Below are positions 18,431-28,431 of a stretch of 32,000 nucleotides of DNA, in pieces; the stretch's first letter is position 1; every line of letters starts with the position of its first letter. The DNA is taken from NCBI RefSeq assembly GCF_009557235.1, contig NZ_CP045650.1:2250001-2282000 (forward strand), read 5' to 3'. This DNA comes from Acinetobacter wanghuae (GTDB lineage: Bacteria; Pseudomonadota; Gammaproteobacteria; Pseudomonadales; Moraxellaceae). The notes below the pieces were generated by a model. The model did not search any database and had not been told where the DNA came from. It was given only the letters and a program-made list of their open reading frames with translations. The position numbers and the translations under genes were made by a program.

Positions 18431-19282
18431 ATGATGCCGACTCAGATGGATGGTTTAAAAAATATTTTGGTGAATGCCTTTTTACAGATGTATCAGCATT
18501 ATCAAGCCGATGACATCTATGCGTGTTGCCTGACGTTGGATGAATTTTTATTGGTTGAAGATTTAGTGCTATCCACTGAGAAAAGTATTTTTAGCGATCA
18601 AGAAGATCGAACCCAGTATTTAGCCGAAAAAGATCGTTGGAATGTACAAAAATGGCGTTACCGCAGTACCAATTCATCCGAACATGGTCTCAAACAATTT
18701 CGTCATATTTTGCTTGCATACTTTCAAAGCCAACATAGTTTTGGCAATCCTCTGCTCAATAATCATGATTTGAATCAATCCAATCATTTAGATCTTATTC
18801 TAAATCATGTTAAAGCTGCGATTGATACACTTGAGCAGGTTCATCATTTGGATTTAAATCGTATCGTGTTTTTCTTAAGTGCGCCAACGCAAGACGATAT
18901 TGAAATACATTCGGCAAAAAAATTAAATAAAGACAGCTTACTGCTCAGGCATTTTCTGTTTAATAAAAATCACAAAAATGCGAAGCAGAGCGATGCACGC
19001 AGCAAACTTTCGCAAACTGATAAAGATATGCTGGTTGATCTTGGGCAGATTGTGGAAATTGAGCCTTATGACTATTTGCAAGTCGCACATCAAGCTTATT
19101 TGCTGACCTTAGAGCCTTATTTTATTGATACTAATCCTTATATTCAAAAATTAGTCCATCACATTGCTGCTATGGCATTTGAAGTCGATGGCAGCTGCGC
19201 ACTCAGTAAGGATGAAATTCTACAGCGTTTACAACAATTTCATCATGCAGGACATAATAATCCTGTCGACGTTCCGATTTAA
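18431..19282 (+). CDS. Hypothetical soluble protein (N-terminal part possibly DUF4303-like)
   Basis: 283-aa ORF with no TM or signal peptide. It is acidic, with a His-rich tail FHHAGHNNP. The segment IYACCLTLDEF...STE...DRWNVQKWRY loosely recalls DUF4303. The SD is weak and the sequence is AT-rich. Confidence 0.5.
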   Translation: MMPTQMDGLKNILVNAFLQMYQHYQADDIYACCLTLDEFLLVEDLVLSTEKSIFSDQEDRTQYLAEKDRWNVQKWRYRSTNSSEHGLKQFRHILLAYFQSQHSFGNPLLNNHDLNQSNHLDLILNHVKAAIDTLEQVHHLDLNRIVFFLSAPTQDDIEIHSAKKLNKDSLLLRHFLFNKNHKNAKQSDARSKLSQTDKDMLVDLGQIVEIEPYDYLQVAHQAYLLTLEPYFIDTNPYIQKLVHHIAAMAFEVDGSCALSKDEILQRLQQFHHAGHNNPVDVPI

Positions 19283-19395
19283 TCGAGATGCGATAAATTT
19301 GAGTTAGTTTGTGACAATGCTAGCGTTTAAACGCAGAATCAAGGAAAATAGCGCGTTTTAGCATGAATAATCAGCGAACTGTTTTTTCGCCTTGA

Positions 19396-20538
<1,143 letters not shown>

Positions 20539-20596
20539 TCTTTCAGCATTTGCGCTAAAGAAAAAGACAAGGTAAATTGCAGAACAAGTCTATTTA

Positions 20597-20626
20597 TTAT
20601 CAACTCGTTGATAACCGGTTTTTTTT
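20597..20626 (+). terminator. Hairpin plus T-run between tgt and yajC (terminator or attenuator)
   Basis: TTATCAAC-tc-GTTGATAA followed by CCGGTTTTTTTT. Confidence 0.5.
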
Positions 20627-20643
20627 AAGTTTAGGAAAAAATA

Positions 20644-20973
20644 ATGAGCTTATTTATCTCAACTGCGCATGCTGCAGGTGAAGCTGCTGCACAACCCAAT
20701 ATGATGGCAAACATTCTGATGATTGCTGTATTTATTGCCATTTTCTATTTCTTGATTTGGCGCCCTCAAGCAAAACGTGCAAAAGAACATCGTGCGTTAA
20801 TTGAAAGCTTGGGTGTGGGCAGCGAAGTTGTTTTTGCCGGTGGTTTGATGGGCAAAATCACAAAAATTGAAGGTGATTTCGCAGTGGTTGAATTGAGCCG
20901 CGGTGTGGACGTAAAAGTTCAACGTGCCAGCGTCATCTCAGTTCTTCCTGAAGGCACTTTAAATAACATTTAA
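20644..20973 (+). CDS. yajC: Preprotein translocase subunit YajC
   Basis: FYFLIWRPQAKRAKEH and VVFAGGLMGKI are present, the size is 109 aa, and AGGA precedes the ATG. Confidence 0.93.
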   Translation: MSLFISTAHAAGEAAAQPNMMANILMIAVFIAIFYFLIWRPQAKRAKEHRALIESLGVGSEVVFAGGLMGKITKIEGDFAVVELSRGVDVKVQRASVISVLPEGTLNNI

Positions 20974-20981
20974 TCAAAAGA

Positions 20982-21010
20982 AGTCGTGCTCACGCACGAC
21001 TTTTTCATTT
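20982..21010 (+). terminator. Hairpin plus T-rich tract between yajC and secD (attenuator-like)
   Basis: AGTCGTGC-tcac-GCACGACT followed by TTTTCATTTT. Confidence 0.45.
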
Positions 21011-21024
21011 TAAGAAGAAAATAA

Positions 21025-22923
21025 ATGCGTTACCCAGCATGGAAATATCTACTGATTATCGTGGTGTTGATTATCAGTACTTTATATGCCCTGCCAAGTT
21101 TGTATCCAGATGAACCTGCTGTTCAGATTTCAGGTGCCAAAGCTGGTACTCAAATTGATGCAAGCATCGTACAAAAAGCAGAGCAAATTTTAACAACTGA
21201 AAAGATTGCCAGCCATGACAATAGCTTTAGCAATAACGCTGCATTATTACGTGTAGATTCAAGTGAATCACAACTCAAAGCCAAAGAAGCTTTGCGTCGC
21301 GGTTTAGGTGAAGATTACGTTGTCGCGTTAAACCTTGCACCAACAACACCTGAATGGCTTCAAAAAATTGGTGCAAAACCAATGAAGCTGGGTCTGGATT
21401 TACGTGGTGGTGTTCACTTCTTACTTGAAGTGGATATGAATAAGGCGATTGCTCAACGCTTAGAAACATCATCGACTGATCTACGTCGTCAGTTGCGTGA
21501 CAATGATATTAAATTTAATAGCCTATCGCTCAATAACAACACCATTACTTTGCAGTTTGCAAACAATGATGACCGTAAAGCAGCGATGGACTTTTTGCGT
21601 CGTAACGGCAATGAATTTACTCAACAAGCTGTGGCAACCGATTCGGGTTCTACGCTACGTTTAAATTATACCGATGTACGTCAGCAAGAAATTGAATCTT
21701 ATGCCGTTAACCAAAACTTAACCACACTTCGTAACCGTATTAACGAGTTAGGTGTGGCTGAAGCATTGGTACAAACCCAAGGTAGCAACCGTATTGTGGT
21801 TGAATTACCGGGCGTACAAGATACTGCTGAAGCAAAACGTGTCCTTGGTCGTACTGCGAACCTTGAATTCCGTTTAGTCTCAGATCAAAACGATCAAGCG
21901 ATTGACCCATATACAGGTCAAGTGAAAGGCACATTACCTGCGGGTACTGAAAGCTTCGCTTATGAGTCATTAGACAGTGGTCGCTCACTGCTGTTAAACC
22001 GTAACCGTATCTTAACGGGTGAACGTGTTCAAAATGCATCATCGGGCTTTAGCCAAGATGGTGGCGGTGCTGAAGTAAATATTACGCTTGACAGTGCTGG
22101 CGGCAAAATGATGTCGGATGCGACACGTAATGCAGTTGGTAAACGTATGGCGGTGTTGTTCATTGAGAACAAACAACGTATTAGCTACGTGCCAGATCCT
22201 GCAACCGGTGCGCAAGTTGAAGTGCGTACACCGTATACTGAATCTGTCGTGATTAATGCGGCAACTATTCAAGCAGTATTGGGTTCAAGCTTCCGTATTA
22301 CTGGTCTTGATTCCCCTCAAGAAGCCGCAGAGCTTGCTTTAATGTTACGTGCGGGTGCTTTAGCTGCGCCAATGTACTTCGTTGAAGAACGTGTGATTGG
22401 CCCAAGTTTAGGTCAAGAAAACATCGACAAAGGTGTGCTATCTACTCAAATCGGCTTCTTGTTAGTGGCGATTTGGATGGTCGTATTCTTCCGTGTGTTC
22501 GGTTTAATTGCGAACTTCGCCCTTGTGTTTAACTTGGCGATGATTTTAACCGTCATGTCGTGGATTGGTGCGTCCCTCACCCTTCCGGGTATTGCGGGTA
22601 TCGTGATTACCATTGGTATGGCAGTCGATGCCAACGTCTTGATTTGTGAGCGAATACGAGAGGAAATAAAATGGGGTGCTTCGCCAAAACAAGCGATTGT
22701 TGCGGGTTATGAACGTGCCTATAACACCATTTTCGACTCGAACTTAACCACATTCTTGGTGGCATTCATTCTGTTCGCGATTGGTACAGGTCCGATCAAA
22801 GGTTTTGCTGTGACTTTGATGATTGGTATTATCTGCTCGATGTTTACGGCAATTACCGTAACACGTGCAATTGTACAAATCATTTACGGCAAAAAACGTG
22901 ACTTGAAAAAGTTGAGCATTTAG
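21025..22923 (+). CDS. secD: Protein translocase subunit SecD
   Basis: 632 aa with a large periplasmic domain. LGLDLRGGVHFLLEV and the C-terminal 6-TM block with GMAVDANVLI are present. Confidence 0.96.
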   Translation: MRYPAWKYLLIIVVLIISTLYALPSLYPDEPAVQISGAKAGTQIDASIVQKAEQILTTEKIASHDNSFSNNAALLRVDSSESQLKAKEALRRGLGEDYVVALNLAPTTPEWLQKIGAKPMKLGLDLRGGVHFLLEVDMNKAIAQRLETSSTDLRRQLRDNDIKFNSLSLNNNTITLQFANNDDRKAAMDFLRRNGNEFTQQAVATDSGSTLRLNYTDVRQQEIESYAVNQNLTTLRNRINELGVAEALVQTQGSNRIVVELPGVQDTAEAKRVLGRTANLEFRLVSDQNDQAIDPYTGQVKGTLPAGTESFAYESLDSGRSLLLNRNRILTGERVQNASSGFSQDGGGAEVNITLDSAGGKMMSDATRNAVGKRMAVLFIENKQRISYVPDPATGAQVEVRTPYTESVVINAATIQAVLGSSFRITGLDSPQEAAELALMLRAGALAAPMYFVEERVIGPSLGQENIDKGVLSTQIGFLLVAIWMVVFFRVFGLIANFALVFNLAMILTVMSWIGASLTLPGIAGIVITIGMAVDANVLICERIREEIKWGASPKQAIVAGYERAYNTIFDSNLTTFLVAFILFAIGTGPIKGFAVTLMIGIICSMFTAITVTRAIVQIIYGKKRDLKKLSI

Positions 22924-22933
22924 GAGATCACTG

Positions 22934-23902
22934 ATGACTGAAAATACTCAACTCGAATCGAAAAAGTACGGCCGTCCAGATGAGCGCGTGATTCCGTTTA
23001 TGAAAATTGCTTTGCCTGCGGCATTGCTCTCTATTTTCTTAACGGTCGCGAGTATCTTCTTTATTGCAACCAAAGGTCTAAACTTAGGTTTAGACTTTAC
23101 CGGTGGTGTTGCCGCCGAGCTGAACTACACCAATCCAGTTAAACCTGAAGATGTGACCAAAGCACTCTCAGCAGCTGGATTTAAAGATGCCGTGGTGCAG
23201 ACCTTAGGTTCTGACCGTGACCTGATGATTCGTATGCCAGTGCAAGAAGGTGAAGAAGCAGAAAACCTCAGTAAAGATATTACTGCGGCTGTGCAACTTC
23301 CCAATAATGCAGCAGAAGTGCCTAAAGTCGATGTGGTCGGTGGTCAAGTTGGTAACGAACTTTACGTCCGTTCTGCTGGTGCTGTTGCACTTGCCCTTCT
23401 ACTGATGTTGGTTTACGTCACCATCCGCTTTGAGTTCAAGCTTGCGATGGGTGCGGTACTGTCATTGTTCCACGATATTGTGGTGACATTAGGTATTTTT
23501 GCACTCATGCAATGGCCATTTGATCTGACTGTGCTTGCAGCATTGCTTGCGATTATCGGTTTCTCATTGAACGATAACATCGTGGTATCGGATCGTATTC
23601 GTGAAAACTTCCGTAAGATTCGCGGTGCTGAACCTTTAGAGATCGTCAATATTGCGTTGACTGAAACCTTACGTCGTACCATTCATACCTCGATGACCTT
23701 ATTACTTGTGGTTGTGGCGATGATGATCATGGGTGGCGATGGTCTAAAATGGTTCTCTGTGGCAATGTTTGTCGGTGTGTTTGTCGGAACATATTCTTCT
23801 ATTTACATTGGTACAGCATTCGCGTTGTGGCGTGGTCTGAACCGTCAAGACTTTATCGTACAAGTGAAACCTGAGTTTGACGAAGAAAATAATATTCCTT
23901 AA
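22934..23902 (+). CDS. secF: Protein translocase subunit SecF
   Basis: GLDFTGGV and GFSLNDNIVVSDRIREN are present. AGGAG lies 7 nt upstream of the ATG, and the gene starts 10 nt after secD. Confidence 0.95.
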   Translation: MTENTQLESKKYGRPDERVIPFMKIALPAALLSIFLTVASIFFIATKGLNLGLDFTGGVAAELNYTNPVKPEDVTKALSAAGFKDAVVQTLGSDRDLMIRMPVQEGEEAENLSKDITAAVQLPNNAAEVPKVDVVGGQVGNELYVRSAGAVALALLLMLVYVTIRFEFKLAMGAVLSLFHDIVVTLGIFALMQWPFDLTVLAALLAIIGFSLNDNIVVSDRIRENFRKIRGAEPLEIVNIALTETLRRTIHTSMTLLLVVVAMMIMGGDGLKWFSVAMFVGVFVGTYSSIYIGTAFALWRGLNRQDFIVQVKPEFDEENNIP

Positions 23903-23923
23903 TTTTCTGTACATTGAGTCAAT

Positions 23924-23954
23924 AAAAAAGCCCATCACACGATGGGCTTTTTTT
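23924..23954. terminator. Bidirectional intrinsic terminator (secF and the convergent HTH/S24 gene)
   Basis: AAAAAAGCCCATC-acac-GATGGGCTTTTTTT. Confidence 0.88.
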
Positions 23955-23971
23955 ATGCAGCTTGGAATTTG

Positions 23972-24598
23972 CTAAAAACTCAAGATTGCGACTATACGAT
24001 GCATATACTCCACATCAGTTTTTTGAAAATTGACCTGTCGCTTAGCATCTAAACTTTGAAAAGCATATAGCAATTCAGTTTCTGACAAATATTCTAAAAT
24101 AAGCTGACAGCTATTATTCAAATAAATACAAACACGATCCTTTATTTTTGCAGATGCATTTTGATCTAATATTAGGATATCCCCTGCCCTTAAAACAGGT
24201 TGATAGATCGTCGTTGGTATACAGATAAGATAATGGAATGGCGCTAACTTAAGAAACCCAACGGTATCTAAATCAACATGATGTGGCTTGAGCTGAAATA
24301 ATTCAGCATCAACAATGTGCATATCAAAACATGTGGTTTTTTGTGCTTGAACCTCGACCATTGCAAGTTTTTCTTGATCCAAACTGAAAGGATCTAGCCC
24401 TAATTTTTGTTCTAACGCTCGTGCAGACTTTTCGCCAATTTGCCGTTTACTATTTAACAGTTGAGCAATATAAGTAGGCTCTACATCAAAATGCTCACAC
24501 ATTGCCTTACCTGTTTCAAAACGTTTAGATGCAATCCAATAATCAATTATTTTGGATAGATTCTCTCGTCTTAATTCAAATATTGCGGTTGCGCTCAT
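23972..24598 (-). CDS. CI/LexA-like repressor homolog: N-terminal HTH plus a C-terminal S24-fold domain apparently lacking the catalytic Ser/Lys
   Basis: The HTH-like segment is TYIAQLLNSKRQIGEKSARALEQKLGL. The C-terminal QPVLRAGDILILD...RVCIYLNNSCQLILEYL aligns by hand to the S24 consensus GDSMEPTLRDGDLVLVD...vKRL, with Ile at the Ser position and Glu at the Lys position. The gene is very AT-rich. Confidence 0.6.
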   Translation of the reverse strand: MSATAIFELRRENLSKIIDYWIASKRFETGKAMCEHFDVEPTYIAQLLNSKRQIGEKSARALEQKLGLDPFSLDQEKLAMVEVQAQKTTCFDMHIVDAELFQLKPHHVDLDTVGFLKLAPFHYLICIPTTIYQPVLRAGDILILDQNASAKIKDRVCIYLNNSCQLILEYLSETELLYAFQSLDAKRQVNFQKTDVEYMHRIVAILSF

Positions 24599-24645
24599 CT
24601 TATATTTTTCATGGCTAGGCTCGTTTTCATTTTATAACGCACAAT

Positions 24646-24677
24646 AAAAAAGCCCACAACCTGATTGTGGGCTTTTT
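24646..24677 (-). terminator. Intrinsic terminator downstream of relA
   Basis: AAAAAAGCCCACAA-cctga-TTGTGGGCTTTTT; a T-run follows the hairpin on the minus strand as well. Confidence 0.85.
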
Positions 24678-24691
24678 CTGAACAGCAAAAT

Positions 24692-26998
24692 TTAGCCGCC
24701 TTGTACCAAACGACGTGCGCTGATAATCCCCGGCTGTTGCTCTAAACGCGCGAGCAGTTTCGACAATTGCGCCAAGCCCTTCACTTCAATCAATAATTTC
24801 ATATTGGCAATACCATCTGATTCTGAAATGGTATTCACCTGACGAATATTGATTTGATCTGAGAAGATGACTTGGGTTAAGTCTTTAAGTAGACCGCGAC
24901 GGTCATAAGCTTCCACCACAATCTGTACACTTTGACCACGCGTCGGCTGCATTTCCCAATCGGCTTCAACTGCACGTTCAGGTTCTTGTGAAATCATGCG
25001 TACATAATCAGGACATGCCACTTTATGAATGCTCACGCCACGATTCAATGTGATATAACCCGCGATGGATTCACCATGTACTGGCTGACAGCACTGTGCA
25101 ATATGCAATTCAACGTTATCTAAACCATCAATTAAAATACCATGTGCTGACAGCGTGTGACTGGCACGTGGGTTTAATGTCGGTTTGAGCACCAGTTCAG
25201 GCTCATCCTGATCCAAATGCATATGACGGTTTACCTGATTGATCAGCGCATGCAGACTAATGTCCCCATTTACAATCCCAATCAGAATATCTTCGCCACT
25301 TTTCACGTTGAAATGGTTGCAATAATCACCCAAATCAATTGATTTTGGATGAATCGCTAAACGTGATAATTCCTTATTGAGAACTTCACGCCCCACTTCA
25401 AGATTTTTACTACGGTCTTGTTGACGGAACCAATGGCGTAATTTGTCACGCGCACGAGAGGTCTTGATATAACCCAAAGAGTTGACCAACCAATCACGAT
25501 TCGGTTCACGGTCTTTCTTGGTTAAAATTTCAACTTGTTCACCCGTTTTAAGGGTATACGTCAGTGGTACATAGCGTTGATTGACACGCGCGGCATAGCA
25601 TTTATTGCCGACTTCGGTATGCACATGATAAGCAAAATCAAGTACGGTCGAACCACGTGGTAATTCTTTAATATCACCATCACGACTAAACACATAAATT
25701 TTTTCAAAGCTTTCAAAGTCAGGGACTTGTTCATAGCCTTCTGTATCTTCTTCGGCTTTATGTGTGTTGGCATCATTACGTTCTTGATAATGCTCAAGCA
25801 CAGCCCGAAGCGAATGCAAACGATGATTAAAGGAATGATCCGTGGTTTTTGAACCTTCCTTATAATTAAAGTGTGAACATACCCCAAGCTCTGCTTCGTT
25901 ATGCATGCTATAGGTACGAATTTGTACTTCAAGTGATTTATTTTCTGCAATCACCGCGGTATGCAATGAACGATAACCATTGGCTTTCGGATTGGTAATG
26001 TAATCATCAAACTGATGCGGAATATGACGCCAAATCTGATGCACGATGCCTAGGGTGTGGTAACACTCGGGCACGCCTTTAACCAATACACGTAAAGCAC
26101 GAATGTCATAGAGCTGATCGAAGCTCAAGTCCTTGCTTTTCATTTTTCGATAAATCGAATAAATGTGTTTCACACGCCCGTTTATTTCAGCATCAATGCC
26201 GTGTTCCGCCAATTCACCACGCAGTTTCTCAATCACGAACTGAATATATTGCTCACGTTCAAGGCGCTTTTCATTCAGTAATGAAGCAATTTCTTTATAA
26301 CGATCAGGTGCTAAATAACGGAAAGCTAAATCTTCTAGTTCCCACTTCAGCTGTGCAATACCGAGACGATGTGCCAGTGGTGAGTAAATGGTTAAGATTT
26401 CACGCGCCACACGTTCCTGACGTTCACGTGATGATGAGGTTAGTTCACGTAGTGTATAGGTACGTTCAGCCAGTTTAATCAAGACAACGCGGACATCTTC
26501 GGTGACCGAAATCAGCATTTTATAAATGCCTGACAAATGCTCACGTTGGTTATTATTAAAATGGTCTTCGAGGCGTTTGTTTTTTTCAATCAGCTCGGAA
26601 AGTTTACCCATGGCCAAGGTGCCTTTCACCAAGCTATGAACATTCTCGCCAAATTTTTGTAGGACTTCGCTCAGCGGCATGACACCTTCACGCACCGAAC
26701 GATATAGCATCGCGGCAGATAAAGTATCTTCATCAACATGCAGATGTGCCAAAATATCCGCCATTTCAATACCGGTATAGAAGGTATTGGAACGATGGTC
26801 AACTGTTGACTCAAGCTCCCGTTGCAAGGTCAAATGGGCAACTTCTTCGAGTTGCTTTAAAGGTGCGTTATCTAATATGCCACGAACACGATCTAACCAT
26901 TCGGTCAGATCTTGATGAGCTTGTGCGGCATGTTCTACAGTCGTCTCCTGTGACAACTCAGTGAGTCGCCCAGGCAATTGCTCACGTACTGTGACCAT
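24692..26998 (-). CDS. relA: GTP pyrophosphokinase RelA ((p)ppGpp synthetase I)
   Basis: 768 aa with the synthetase motif YRSLHTAV, a TGS region IYVFSRDGDIKELPRGSTVLDFAY and a C-terminal ACT-like domain. The N-terminal pseudo-hydrolase region reads SAAMLYRSV where SpoT has LLHDVIED, so the HD pair is absent. This points to RelA rather than SpoT. AGGAGAAAGG lies upstream of the ATG. Confidence 0.93.
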   Translation of the reverse strand: MVTVREQLPGRLTELSQETTVEHAAQAHQDLTEWLDRVRGILDNAPLKQLEEVAHLTLQRELESTVDHRSNTFYTGIEMADILAHLHVDEDTLSAAMLYRSVREGVMPLSEVLQKFGENVHSLVKGTLAMGKLSELIEKNKRLEDHFNNNQREHLSGIYKMLISVTEDVRVVLIKLAERTYTLRELTSSSRERQERVAREILTIYSPLAHRLGIAQLKWELEDLAFRYLAPDRYKEIASLLNEKRLEREQYIQFVIEKLRGELAEHGIDAEINGRVKHIYSIYRKMKSKDLSFDQLYDIRALRVLVKGVPECYHTLGIVHQIWRHIPHQFDDYITNPKANGYRSLHTAVIAENKSLEVQIRTYSMHNEAELGVCSHFNYKEGSKTTDHSFNHRLHSLRAVLEHYQERNDANTHKAEEDTEGYEQVPDFESFEKIYVFSRDGDIKELPRGSTVLDFAYHVHTEVGNKCYAARVNQRYVPLTYTLKTGEQVEILTKKDREPNRDWLVNSLGYIKTSRARDKLRHWFRQQDRSKNLEVGREVLNKELSRLAIHPKSIDLGDYCNHFNVKSGEDILIGIVNGDISLHALINQVNRHMHLDQDEPELVLKPTLNPRASHTLSAHGILIDGLDNVELHIAQCCQPVHGESIAGYITLNRGVSIHKVACPDYVRMISQEPERAVEADWEMQPTRGQSVQIVVEAYDRRGLLKDLTQVIFSDQINIRQVNTISESDGIANMKLLIEVKGLAQLSKLLARLEQQPGIISARRLVQGG

Positions 26999-27030
26999 AC
27001 CTTTCTCCTACTTTTAAATACATCATTACT

Positions 27031-28425
27031 TTAATCGTTTATTTGATTTTCTTTTTCGAACAGGACAATCGACTCGACGTGTGCAGTATGCGTAAACATA
27101 TCCATCACACCCGCTTGAGTTAGACGATAACCTTGTTGTACCAATAGCCCTGCATCTCTTGCAAGCGTTGCAGGATTACATGATACATAAACGATTCTTT
27201 TTGCACCAAATTTGGGCAAATATTGCATAATTTCTTCTGCACCAGAGCGCGGAGGATCAATCAAAATCGCATCAAAACCTTGATTTGCCCAAGCATGTTG
27301 CGAAAAATCTTGCGTTAAGTCTTGGGCGTGGAATGAAATATGGGCAATCGCATTGTTTTTGGCATTTTCAATGCCGCGTTGCACCATTTCTTCGCTACCT
27401 TCGACTGCAACCACTTGACCTGTTGCACCAACTGAGCGCGCCAAAGGCAATGAGAAGTTTCCTAATCCACAAAATAGATCTAAAACACGCTCCCCTGCTT
27501 GTAGCTGTAGCAAATCACATGCCAAACGCACCATTTGAGGATTAATCGTTGAATTTACTTGGGTAAAATCAAGCGGATTAAAACCAAAATCGACATCAAA
27601 ATCGTCTAAACGATAATGCAGTCGTGAGGCGTGTTCAGGATGATCAATACGAGATAAATTCTCTTTTCCAGCCGCCTGAATATACAGCTGCCATCCCTTA
27701 TTTAACGTAAAGTCTCGTAACCGGTTGACATCTTCCACCGATAATTCCGCAGTTTCACGAACCAATAATGCGATTTCTTGATCACCCATCGCCAATTCTA
27801 TATGACCAATGTCCGCCTGACCATTTAGACTTTGGATCAATTGTTTAAGACGTGTAACTGAGCCAAACTGCTCATCCAAAATCATGCAACGATCAATAGA
27901 CGTTAATTTATTGGATTGACTCTCGCGGAAACCAACGACAAGTTTGTCTTTATGTGGCAAATAACGCACACCGATCCGAGCTTTACGACGATAGTCCTCA
28001 CGTTGTGAACGCAGTGGTGTTAGCCATGTTTCAGGCTGAATTCCAGCAAAATGCTCTAAATGAGATTTCAATACATTTTGTTTAAGTTCAATTTGTGCAT
28101 CCGCATCGATGTGTTGCATGCTACAACCACCGCACACCCCATAATGCGGGCATAGCGGTTTCACACGCATTTCAGATGCTTCACTTAAAAGTTCTAAGCT
28201 ATCGGCTTCTTCTAGGCGTTTGACCACATTGGTAATACGCGCACGCACGGTTTCACCCGGTAAGGCATAACGAATAAAGACTTTTTTGCCGTGTTTTTCA
28301 ACAGGATGATCAGGATGTGAACCATAGTGAGCAATGCCACGTCCTTCATGCGAGAGTGACTCAACCTGAAAAATATACTCGGGTTGTTGCTGCTGCTTTG
28401 GACGTGCATGTGCTCGATGTTTCAT
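27031..28425 (-). CDS. rlmD: 23S rRNA (uracil1939-C5)-methyltransferase
   Basis: An N-terminal TRAM-like region, the Fe-S cysteines [14 protein letters not shown], the SAM motif [16 protein letters not shown], and DPPRSG are present. The gene is adjacent to relA as in E. coli. Confidence 0.92.
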   Translation of the reverse strand: MKHRAHARPKQQQQPEYIFQVESLSHEGRGIAHYGSHPDHPVEKHGKKVFIRYALPGETVRARITNVVKRLEEADSLELLSEASEMRVKPLCPHYGVCGGCSMQHIDADAQIELKQNVLKSHLEHFAGIQPETWLTPLRSQREDYRRKARIGVRYLPHKDKLVVGFRESQSNKLTSIDRCMILDEQFGSVTRLKQLIQSLNGQADIGHIELAMGDQEIALLVRETAELSVEDVNRLRDFTLNKGWQLYIQAAGKENLSRIDHPEHASRLHYRLDDFDVDFGFNPLDFTQVNSTINPQMVRLACDLLQLQAGERVLDLFCGLGNFSLPLARSVGATGQVVAVEGSEEMVQRGIENAKNNAIAHISFHAQDLTQDFSQHAWANQGFDAILIDPPRSGAEEIMQYLPKFGAKRIVYVSCNPATLARDAGLLVQQGYRLTQAGVMDMFTHTAHVESIVLFEKENQIND

Positions 28426-28431
28426 GAAAAC

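Noticed and set aside
25561-25950. 129-aa ORF inside relA in another frame of the same strand, and similar embedded track ORFs (for example 1362..1755, 4482..4715, 6672..7463, 12603..12860, 14151..14366, 20053..20521, 21275..22634, 23413..23938, 26281..26964, 27285..27545, 28212..28409, 28901..29252, 29283..29582)
   Set aside because: All lie wholly within, or antisense to, long ORFs with clear homology-type motifs. Their translations are low-complexity or Cys/His/Arg-rich in the way frame-shadow ORFs in AT-rich DNA are, and none has an SD and start context. I found no evidence for overlapping genes.
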